Translations under genes and position numbers: made by a program
Part shown: positions 1-7,567 of the stretch, one piece after another
How the letters are laid out: each line of letters begins with the position of its first letter
How positions within the stretch are numbered: the stretch's first letter is position 1
Notes under the pieces: model-generated
Seen by the model: only the letters and a program-made list of their open reading frames with translations
Told to the model about the DNA's origin: nothing
Databases searched by the model: none
Assembly (NCBI GenBank): GCA_039683575.1
Contig: JBDKRC010000014.1
Coordinates: 1 to 19,093 of the forward strand
Origin: Armatimonadia bacterium
GTDB taxonomy: Bacteria > Armatimonadota > Zipacnadia > Zipacnadales > UBA11051
Length of the DNA stretch: 19,093 nucleotides
Direction: 5' to 3'

Positions 1-30
1 GGGAGGCGATTGGTTGTTGGTCGACCGACG

Positions 31-306
31 GCGGGTGACCCCGTTGGGGTCAGACAAGGTAGGGCAAACGCACCAGGGGTTTCACCCCTGGCTATACTCG
101 GTGACCCCGTTGGGGTCAAACGGCGAAGACGCACCGGGGTTTCACCCCCTGGCTGTATTCGGTGACCCCGTTGGGGTCAGGCAAGGTAGGGCAAACGCAC
201 CAGGGGTTTCACCCCTGGCTATATTCGGTGACCCCGTTGGGGTCAAACGGCGAAGACGCACCGGGGTCTCACCCCCTGGCTGTACTCGGTGACCCCGTTG
301 GGGGCA
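31..306. repeat. Tandem array of a two-hairpin REP/BIME-like element
   Basis: Palindrome A, TGACCCC-GTT-GGGGTCA, starts at 36, 102, 163, 229 and 290 (last copy has 1 change). Palindrome B, CCAGGGGT-TTC-ACCCCTGG or a variant, starts at 73, 134, 200 and 261. Spacing alternates 66/61 nt, so a 127-nt unit is duplicated. Confidence 0.92.
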
Positions 307-326
307 GACTACGAACCGGGGCCTGC

Positions 327-347
327 CGGGTTGGAAGCCCCTCCCAC
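327..347 (-). repeat. Degenerate GTGG-headed REP-like palindrome
   Basis: Minus strand reads GTGG-GAG-GGGCTTCCAACCCG. The stem is short and imperfect; layout matches the clearer REP-like copies elsewhere in the window. Confidence 0.4.
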
Positions 348-391
348 AGTAACTGGAAGACTTGGTAATCATGGTTTCAAGGAGACAGATC

Positions 392-3300
392 ATGGCCCTG
401 CGACTGGCTTTCATAGTGGTGATGGTGATGACCGTCGCGATGTTGCCGGCGGCCACTTTCACTGCCGGCGATTTGCGGGTGGAGATTGATGAGGGCCTGC
501 GGGTCACGGGGATGGCTGTGGGGGGCAAGACGCTTCCCGGGCAGCCGGGGCCGCTGGTGACGCTGGTGGATGCGGCGCGGGGGCAGGAGGAGACGGCGAC
601 AGCCAGGCAGACCGCGGACGGCTGGGCGCTGGATTTCCCGGCTTCGCGGGCGACGGCGACGCTGGCGGTGAAGGGGGATGCCAGGGCGCTGCACTTCACG
701 TGCGATCTGAAGGGCGCGGATCTGCCCGCGCGGGGGATGCTGCTGCGGTTCAGCTTCCCGGTGGAGGCCATTGGCTGGAACTGGTATGACGACATGCAGA
801 CCGCCAAGCCGATTGAGGCGGGGAAGGTCTATGAGAATGTGAAGCCGCTGCGGGCCTATGCGGATCTGCCGGAGTGGAAAGACAAGCCGGCGCTGCGGAT
901 GGGGTACTCGAACGAGAACTATACCACGGTGCTGGCGGGGCCAGTGGGGCTGTGTCTGGCGGTGCCGCTGGACAAGCCGTGTATCTTCCGGACGGCGTAT
1001 GACGGCACGACCAAGCGGCTGGACATTGTGTATGACTTTGCGCTGACGCCGCAGAGCCGCAAGCCCAATGAGGTCAGCTTTGCGTTCGATTTGTACTCGT
1101 GCGAGCCGCAATGGGGCATGCGGGCGGCGCTGCAGAAGTACTACACGATGTACCCGGAGATGTTCAAGGTCTACGTGCCCAAGCAGGGGCAGTGGATGGC
1201 TTTCAACCGGCTGTCAGAGATCGACAATGCCAACGAGTTCTGGTTTGGGCTCCAAGAAGGCGCGCCGGAGCCGGAGTATGATGACAAGATAGACGTGCTT
1301 TCGACGATCTACTACACCCATGCGGGGATGTGGGGCAACATTCCGCCTCCGTACGACCCCGAGAAGGACCCGCTACCGCCGTATGACGACCAGGTGGCGG
1401 CGGTGGAGAAGTCGTTCAAGGCGATCATGGGGCAGGACGGGATCTATGAGAAGGTGGGGACGCGGAAGCCTGACGGGAAGCTCGCTGTGGAGAAGTGGTC
1501 GGTGTATGCGCACCTGCTCGCGCAGTTCAACCTCGACCCGGAGCTGCCATGGGGCGATTGGCTGATCAAGAACACCATCACGCGGACGGAGAGCGTGAAG
1601 AAAACGCGGGGCGGGGACCTCGATGGGTTCTACTATGACGGGCTGACGGCGGGGCTGAACTACAACCCCGAGCACTTCAAGACCCACGATGCGCCGATTC
1701 TGTGGGACCCCGTCAACAAGCAGCCCTATATCAACAACTTCTTCTCATCGGTAGAGTTCGCACGGGGGACGGCGGAGCTTCTGCGGCCGCGTGGGCAGAT
1801 CACGATGATGAACGGGGCGCTGGGAGACAGCTTCTACGTGGTGCCGTGGCTGGACATTCTGGGCGCGGAGACGGGGCTGATCATCCCGCGCAAGGACTTC
1901 AACTACATTCGCACGGTCATCTACCACAAGCCGTTCCTGACGCTGCTCAAGGGGAACTACGAGAAGCAGATTGACCGGCCGCAGATGGAACTGTTCATGA
2001 AGCGGTGCCTGGCATACGGGGTCTATCCGGGCTTCTTTGACTGGCCGCCGAGCGGGCTGGGGCCGGGCGGGCAGTACTGGAACCACCCGCGCTACTATGA
2101 GCGCGACCGGGACCTGTTCCGCAAGTATGAGCCGCTGTGCCGGACGCTGGCGACGGTGGGCTGGGAGCCGATTACCCATGCCCGCAGCAGCAATCCGCAG
2201 GTGTATGTGGAGCGCTACGGGCCGGACGCAACTGGCAATGTGTGGCTGACGGTCCTCAACGAGCAGGACCGTGCGCAGCAGACGACGCTGACAGTAGACG
2301 CGGCGGCGCTGGGGATGGACACCAAGGCTGTGCGGGCGCTGGAGGCCATCAGCGGGAGCCAGGTGCCTTTGCAGGTCAAGGAAGGGCGGCTGGTGGCGGC
2401 TCTCGACCTGCCGGCGCAGGGCGTGATGGCCCTGCAACTGGCCACCCCGGCGGGGGCGGCGGGCTGGAGGCTGGCGCATTGCGCGGAGGTACTGCAACGC
2501 GGGCAGGTGCAGCGGCAGGTGGATGCGGAGAAGCCGCCGATGCTGGTGCACTGGCGGCCGAGCGGGAAGACATACGAGCGCGAAGTGGTGGAGGGCAAGA
2601 CGCGGCTGGTGTTCAAGTGCGACGGCAAGGCCATGAGCATGCGGCAGTGGGCGATGCTGTTTCAGAGCGCGCCGGAGCCGCTGACGCTGACGGTTCGCGC
2701 CGCGGCGGACAATCTGGTGACCAACAAGGATCTGAAGATACGGTGCCGGCTGGCATGGGTTACGCCTAGCTATACGCACTATGAGATGGTGGACTTCCCG
2801 ATTGCAGACGGGACCTATGACTTCAAGGACCTGAACTTCGAGATCAAGTCTGAGCAGGCGCTGCGGTCCATCGAGATCACGCCGACGGTGGCCGGGAAGG
2901 CGACAGGGACTCTGAGAATCGCGTCGCTGACGCTGACGGACAGCAGCGGGAAGAACTGCATTGTGGACCCGGAGTTCGCGCAGTGGTACGAGCCGATGCC
3001 TGAGGCGTTGCGTGTTCCGCTGGCGGAGGCAGTTGACTGTATCGAGGTGGCTCTGACGGAGCTACAGAAGCAGCCGGATAAGCTGACGACAGCAGCCGCG
3101 CGGCAGAAGCTGGCGGGCGTGTATGGCAACATCCGGCAGGTTCGCGAGCAGATTGCGAAGGCGGGCGCGGAGAACGGGGCGCGGCGGGTGCTGCGTGACC
3201 TTGAGACGGTAGAGGGTAATCTGGGGCAAGTAGCGCTGATTGCCTATGGGATTGCACCACCCAGCTTGACCGGGCCCGTTACGGCGGCACCGGGCGACAC

Positions 3301-4723
3301 GGTGCGGATGACGCTGGCGACGCCGAAGGTAGCGGGTGTGCCGGTGCGGACGGAGATTACGGCGGAGAAGCTGCAGGTCATCCCGCAGGCGGGCGGCGGG
3401 TCGATCATCATCCCGGCGAACGCCCAGCCGGGCGAGGAGATCGCGCTGCAGGGGACTGTATACCTGGGCAAGCCGGGGCAGGAAGTGGCGATTGGGGCAA
3501 CGCACCGCGTGCGCGTCGTGCAGCCGCTGGAGGTTACGCTGAAGAGCAACGGCTTCGACTCGACGACCGGAGCGGCGCGAGTGGGGATCATGCTGCGCAA
3601 CAACCGGCGGCGGGAGACGCTGGCGACGGTGCAAGTGCGGGTGCCGTCGGGCTGGAATGTGCAGCCACTGAGGGACGTGAAGCTGGCCGCCAACTCTGAC
3701 ACGACGGTGGAAGCGGTCATCAGCCCGGCGGGCCCTGCGGCCGCAGGGCAGGTCGAGGTGGCAGTGTCGGTGACCGCTGACAAGGCGACAGCGGGCGGGC
3801 GGCTGGTGATGATGTACATTCCGCGTGAGGCCAATCTGCTCAAGAACCCGGGGTTCGAGGAGGGCATGACCGGCTGGGCAGCGCCGGGGCCGCAGGTGGC
3901 TATTGATGACAAGGTCGCACGCAGCGGGCAGAAGTCGCTGAGGCTCGACAACCCGACGCGGCAGGCGAGTCAGGTGTCGCAGGGCGTGAGCCTCAATCAG
4001 AAGGCGCCGGGACCGATCCTGATCCAGGCCTCATCGAAGGCAGAGGGCGTCGAGGGGCTGCCGGCGGCGGACTATTCGCTCTATGTGGACATCTACTACA
4101 AAGACGGCACGAAGCTGTATGGCCAGACCTACAACTTCCAGACCGGGACGACCGACTGGCAGCTTGGGGAGCTGTACATAGAGCCTACCAAGCCGATCGG
4201 CAGCCTCAACATCAACCTGCTGCTGCGCAACCGGACGGGCAGAGCGTGGTTCGATGATGTGGCGCTGATGGAGGACCCGGCGCGCAAGGGCAACATCGCG
4301 CGGGAGGCGACGGCGACAGTGGACAGCAGCTTCAGCGGGTATACCGCGGCGCCGGTGAATGATGGCGTAATCATCGGCGAGGGGCTGCACTGGACGCAGG
4401 AGGCGTGGGCGTCGGCGGACAACGGCAAGGAACATTTCATCGAGCTGAAGTTCCCGGCCGCAGTGACGGTATCGCGCGGGGTCATCTACTGGTCGCTGGA
4501 TGCGGGCATGCCGCGGACGTCGCAGGAGGTCCAGCTTCAGGTGTGGCGCGATGGGGCATGGCAGACGCTGCAGACGCTGCAACGCTCGAAGCCTGCGCCG
4601 CAGAGCGAAGTGAAGCTGGCGCAGCCGGTGACGGCTGACAGGTTCAGGGTATACCAACCGGCAGGGAAGGGCCCTCAGGACCGGCCGGGGCTGATGTGGG
4701 TTCGGGAGGTGGAGTTGTTCTGA
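392..4723 (+). CDS. Large secreted multidomain carbohydrate-active protein: putative GH-like catalytic barrel, two CBM4/9-like domains, NEW3/Ig-like domain, C-terminal F5/8 (discoidin)-like domain
   Basis: AAGGAG at 379-384 precedes ATG 392 (the ORF track starts at TTG 362). Signal peptide MALRLAFIVVMVMTVAMLPAA; DGFYYDG motif; NLLKNPGFEEG...WFDDVAL (CBM4/9-like); VRVPSGWNV (NEW3-like); NIAREATATVDS...VNDG...WAS...VREVELF (discoidin-like). The CDS is secure; the GH family is not assigned. Confidence 0.8.
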   Translation: MALRLAFIVVMVMTVAMLPAATFTAGDLRVEIDEGLRVTGMAVGGKTLPGQPGPLVTLVDAARGQEETATARQTADGWALDFPASRATATLAVKGDARALHFTCDLKGADLPARGMLLRFSFPVEAIGWNWYDDMQTAKPIEAGKVYENVKPLRAYADLPEWKDKPALRMGYSNENYTTVLAGPVGLCLAVPLDKPCIFRTAYDGTTKRLDIVYDFALTPQSRKPNEVSFAFDLYSCEPQWGMRAALQKYYTMYPEMFKVYVPKQGQWMAFNRLSEIDNANEFWFGLQEGAPEPEYDDKIDVLSTIYYTHAGMWGNIPPPYDPEKDPLPPYDDQVAAVEKSFKAIMGQDGIYEKVGTRKPDGKLAVEKWSVYAHLLAQFNLDPELPWGDWLIKNTITRTESVKKTRGGDLDGFYYDGLTAGLNYNPEHFKTHDAPILWDPVNKQPYINNFFSSVEFARGTAELLRPRGQITMMNGALGDSFYVVPWLDILGAETGLIIPRKDFNYIRTVIYHKPFLTLLKGNYEKQIDRPQMELFMKRCLAYGVYPGFFDWPPSGLGPGGQYWNHPRYYERDRDLFRKYEPLCRTLATVGWEPITHARSSNPQVYVERYGPDATGNVWLTVLNEQDRAQQTTLTVDAAALGMDTKAVRALEAISGSQVPLQVKEGRLVAALDLPAQGVMALQLATPAGAAGWRLAHCAEVLQRGQVQRQVDAEKPPMLVHWRPSGKTYEREVVEGKTRLVFKCDGKAMSMRQWAMLFQSAPEPLTLTVRAAADNLVTNKDLKIRCRLAWVTPSYTHYEMVDFPIADGTYDFKDLNFEIKSEQALRSIEITPTVAGKATGTLRIASLTLTDSSGKNCIVDPEFAQWYEPMPEALRVPLAEAVDCIEVALTELQKQPDKLTTAAARQKLAGVYGNIRQVREQIAKAGAENGARRVLRDLETVEGNLGQVALIAYGIAPPSLTGPVTAAPGDTVRMTLATPKVAGVPVRTEITAEKLQVIPQAGGGSIIIPANAQPGEEIALQGTVYLGKPGQEVAIGATHRVRVVQPLEVTLKSNGFDSTTGAARVGIMLRNNRRRETLATVQVRVPSGWNVQPLRDVKLAANSDTTVEAVISPAGPAAAGQVEVAVSVTADKATAGGRLVMMYIPREANLLKNPGFEEGMTGWAAPGPQVAIDDKVARSGQKSLRLDNPTRQASQVSQGVSLNQKAPGPILIQASSKAEGVEGLPAADYSLYVDIYYKDGTKLYGQTYNFQTGTTDWQLGELYIEPTKPIGSLNINLLLRNRTGRAWFDDVALMEDPARKGNIAREATATVDSSFSGYTAAPVNDGVIIGEGLHWTQEAWASADNGKEHFIELKFPAAVTVSRGVIYWSLDAGMPRTSQEVQLQVWRDGAWQTLQTLQRSKPAPQSEVKLAQPVTADRFRVYQPAGKGPQDRPGLMWVREVELF

Positions 4724-4808
4724 GGGGAGGAGTAGTTGCCAAGACCGAAGAAGAGGTTAGGGTGACGTTGAAGTCAGCGTCACAATCATATCGCGGAGGT
4801 CGCATGCC

Positions 4809-5414
4809 ATGCGCAGAGGCTTCACATTGATAGAGCTGCTGGTTGTGATCGCGATCATCGCCATCCTGGCGGCGATCCTGTTCCCGGTGTTTGCCAAGGC
4901 CCGTGAGAAGGCCCGGCAGTCGAGCTGTCTGAGCAACGAGAAGCAGATCGGGCTCGCCATCCTGCAGTACGCTCAGGACTATGACGAGCGCCTGCCGTAC
5001 ATGTACGTTCGCATGCCCGCCGGTGGCACTAACCTGTACTGGTGCCAGGACGTGGTCATGCCGTATGTGAAGAACAATCAGGTCTTCGTCTGCCCCAGCG
5101 GCAGTTGGACCTATACCAGCGAGCGCCCTGCGGGTCTGCCCAGCCCTCTGGCCGGTTCATATACCCTTCCCTACAGTGTCAGTGGATTGGCCATGGGCAC
5201 CATTGACGACGCATCGGGGACCATCATGAACCTCGAGTGCACGAATCCAGACTTCTGGGGATATGTTAAGACTGACGTTCCCCAGGCCTCTGGATGGGAT
5301 AGCCGCGTGGCCAAGCGCCACAACGACGGCTTCAATATGGTCTTCTGCGACGGACATGCCAAGTGGCTGAAGCAGAGCACAGCGGGAATGTGGACACCGG
5401 CGTCGGGCGACTGA
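4809..5414 (+). CDS. DUF1559 prepilin-type N-terminal cleavage/methylation protein with C-terminal H-X9-DG motif
   Basis: GGAGG at 4795-4799; [58 protein letters not shown]. Confidence 0.95.
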   Translation: MRRGFTLIELLVVIAIIAILAAILFPVFAKAREKARQSSCLSNEKQIGLAILQYAQDYDERLPYMYVRMPAGGTNLYWCQDVVMPYVKNNQVFVCPSGSWTYTSERPAGLPSPLAGSYTLPYSVSGLAMGTIDDASGTIMNLECTNPDFWGYVKTDVPQASGWDSRVAKRHNDGFNMVFCDGHAKWLKQSTAGMWTPASGD

Positions 5415-5416
5415 CT

Positions 5417-5664
5417 CCCAGCCGCCGAGGCAGCGTCTACAGTGACCATTGCTGGAACTATGCCTACCATGGCATCCGCAACAATGCCTACTCGCTGGGG
5501 CAGGGCAGTACTCACAGAACATTGATCCCCGGCACAATGACGGGGTCAACGTGGGCTTCCTCGACGGGCATGCGAAGTGGCTGAAGGCGGGGAAGGTTGG
5601 GGCCACCAACTTCAAGTGGGTTGGCGATGACAACCCGCTGTGGATGCAGTATGAGGGGCCGTAG
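5417..5664 (+). pseudogene. Orphan C-terminal fragment of a DUF1559/H-X9-DG protein, frameshifted
   Basis: PSRRGSVYSDHCWNYAYHGIRNNAYSLG in one frame and [29 protein letters not shown]...YEGP* in another. Removing one copy of the tandem GGGCA (5498-5507) joins them. No leader or N-terminal half is present. Confidence 0.82.
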
Positions 5665-5686
5665 AGGGGGAGGCTCCAGGGGTCCC

Positions 5687-6165
5687 ATGAGCAACATGAA
5701 GCAGATCGGTCTCAGTTTCATGCAGTACGATCAGGACTATGACGAGCGGCTCTGTGGCTCCGGCGCGACCTTCGCCGATCCGTATCCGTATGGCATGTGG
5801 ATTCGAAAGACCACCGCCGCCAGTTCGTGGGACGTTACCAGCGGCGCTCTCGCTCCGTACGTCAAGAATGCGCAGGTCTTCATCTGCCCGTCCCGCCGCG
5901 CGGACCCGATTCCCGGCTGCACGTATGAAATGAACAGTGCGTGCGCCTGGGTATCGTCGGGCACGATCCAGGACCCCGCCGGCACGGCGCTGTTGACCGA
6001 GGCCATCAATGACGACGCCTCATGCAACAGTGTTGATGGTGGCGCGCAGGCTATAGCTGCCACAACGATGGCTCCAACATCGCCTTCACGGACGGCCATG
6101 CAAAGTGGCTCAAGAACACGAACATCACGAACCAGACGGCCCTGTTCACGCTCGCGGCTGACTAG
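5687..6165 (+). pseudogene. Leaderless, frameshifted DUF1559/H-X9-DG gene body
   Basis: MSNMKQIGLSFMQYDQDYDERL...PYVKNAQVFICPS...IQDPAGTALLTE, then a net 1-nt loss at about 6059-6060, then [18 protein letters not shown]...LAAD* (TAG 6163-6165). It lacks the first 40 codons (prepilin leader and hydrophobic helix). Confidence 0.88.
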
Positions 6166-6184
6166 TCGCAGCGAACTGGGCGGT

Positions 6185-6209
6185 GTCGGTTCGAGACGAA
6201 CCGACCTAC
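6185..6209 (-). repeat. GTAG-headed REP-like palindrome
   Basis: Minus strand reads GTAG-GTCGGTTCG-TCT-CGAACCGAC, a perfect 9-bp stem. Confidence 0.72.
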
Positions 6210-6217
6210 GCGACAAG

Positions 6218-6265
6218 AAACGGCTCCCTATCCGCATTCCGCGGGCAGGGAGCCGTTTTGTTTTT
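6218..6265 (+). terminator. Rho-independent terminator after the DUF1559 gene and its fragments
   Basis: AAACGGCTCCCT...AGGGAGCCGTTT stem followed by TGTTTTT. Confidence 0.8.
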
Positions 6266-6296
6266 GGCGAACCTCGGGTGGTCGGTAATAACGGCC

Positions 6297-6321
6297 GGCG
6301 GGGTACGAGCCCTCGCCCTAC
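6297..6321 (-). repeat. GTAG-headed REP-like palindrome
   Basis: Minus strand reads GTAG-GGCGAGGGCTCGTACCCCGCC, an imperfect stem. Confidence 0.65.
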
Positions 6322-6342
6322 AGTCGGATCGGTGATAGCGAC

Positions 6343-6367
6343 GGGCCGGCTGAAGCTCGGCCCCTCC
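6343..6367 (-). repeat. GGAG-headed REP-like palindrome
   Basis: Minus strand reads GGAG-GGGCCGAGCTTCAGCCGGCCC, a stem with one bulge. Confidence 0.5.
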
Positions 6368-6396
6368 GAAGAAACGACGCGCTTCTGTGAGGTTAC

Positions 6397-7494
6397 ATGG
6401 ACCCCAACCGTGCACTCAAACGGATCAGACTGCAGCCGGTGGACCGCATTCCGCACTGGGAGCACTTCTCCAACCCGGATGCTTTCAGCCTGCTGTCGGG
6501 TATTGATGCGTGGGAGCACCCGCGTTTGGCCGCGCAAAAGGTGGCGGAGCTTTACCCGTTCGATATGGGCGTGGGAATACCGGCGACCGATGAGCCGCTG
6601 GAGCGGCTGCCGGAGGGGGAGTCGTCGTTTGTGGATGAGCAGGGGCGGCGGCATGTGCGCTGGGGTGCGAGTCTGAGCAGTCATTGGAACTGGGGTGCGG
6701 AGTTCACGACCGTCGAGCAGGCGCTGGCGTATGAGCCGCTGCAGCATCTGGACCTGCGCGAGGCGGAGGTGGTGTGCAATTTCGACTTCAACAAGTCAGT
6801 GGAGGATTGGGCGCGGGAGATACAGGGCGGAGAGCTGCCCGAGGCAGCCGGACCGAGGGCGGACAGCCTGAAGGGGGCCGGGTTCTACAACACGCTGTTC
6901 ATGTGGCCGCTGTTGACGTTTGGGTGGGAGGTATTCCTGGAGCTGGCCGGAGGGTACAAGGCGGACCTGAAGCGGCTGCTGACGGACTTTGCGTGCCTGT
7001 CGCGGCGGTATTTTGAGGCGGTGGCGCTGACGGATGTGGTGTATTGCGTCTGCCATGATGACATCTGCATGGCGCGGGGGCCGGTGTGCAGCCCGGCGTG
7101 GCTGCGGGAGTTCATCCTCCCGTATTATGAGGAGTTCTGGAGCACCATGCGGGCGTCGGGGATCAAGGTCATCTTCATGACCGACGGCAACCCGGACCTG
7201 ATCGCCGACGATATCTTTGCGTGCGGGGCTGAGGGGCTGGTGTCGGAGCCGTTCGCGGACTGGAAGGAGATCGCGCGCAAGCACCCGAACGCGGTCCTGG
7301 CCGGGGAGGGAGACAACCGTATCCTGCAGACACATGACCGGGAGGCGGTGCGCAAGATGACGCAGGACATGTGCGCGATGGGGCGGCAGTACCCGGGGTA
7401 CTTCATGTGCGTGGGGAATCACATTCCGTGGAATGTGCCGGCGGAATCGGTGAAGTGGTATATGGAGTTTTCGGAGGAGTATGGATATCTGTAA
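6397..7494 (+). CDS. Uroporphyrinogen decarboxylase (URO-D)/MtaA-CmuA superfamily protein, probably not a true HemE
   Basis: N-terminal R...I.LQPVDRIP; HDDICMARGPVCSPAWLREFILPYYEE; IFMTDGN; LAGEGDNRIL; GYFMCVGNHIPWNVPAE. GAGG lies upstream of the ATG. Confidence 0.85.
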   Translation: MDPNRALKRIRLQPVDRIPHWEHFSNPDAFSLLSGIDAWEHPRLAAQKVAELYPFDMGVGIPATDEPLERLPEGESSFVDEQGRRHVRWGASLSSHWNWGAEFTTVEQALAYEPLQHLDLREAEVVCNFDFNKSVEDWAREIQGGELPEAAGPRADSLKGAGFYNTLFMWPLLTFGWEVFLELAGGYKADLKRLLTDFACLSRRYFEAVALTDVVYCVCHDDICMARGPVCSPAWLREFILPYYEEFWSTMRASGIKVIFMTDGNPDLIADDIFACGAEGLVSEPFADWKEIARKHPNAVLAGEGDNRILQTHDREAVRKMTQDMCAMGRQYPGYFMCVGNHIPWNVPAESVKWYMEFSEEYGYL

Positions 7495-7567
7495 GGGACA
7501 TCCGGCAGGTATCGTCTCACCGGTAGATGAAGTAGATTGACGCACATTGTATATCTGGAGGATTGGC

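Noticed and set aside
31-306. CRISPR array
   Set aside because: Linkers are only 15-20 nt and repeat in alternation, the unit has two hairpins, a dispersed copy exists at 8.3 kb, and no cas genes are in the window.
14-368. Short ORFs 14..292 and 162..368
   Set aside because: They are translations of the palindromic repeat array.
4809-6165. Diversity-generating retroelement or shufflon
   Set aside because: No reverse transcriptase or recombinase is in the window, there is no near-identical TR/VR pair with adenine-specific differences, and all pieces are co-oriented with no inverted recombination sites.
5597-6676. 359-aa ORF as a real gene
   Set aside because: Only 5687 to about 6058 is DUF1559-like. 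The rest is frameshifted read-through across a terminator, REP-like palindromes and the URO-D gene.
6397-7494. Gene symbol hemE
   Set aside because: It lacks the HemE N-terminal MRQAGRY motif and any heme-pathway context.
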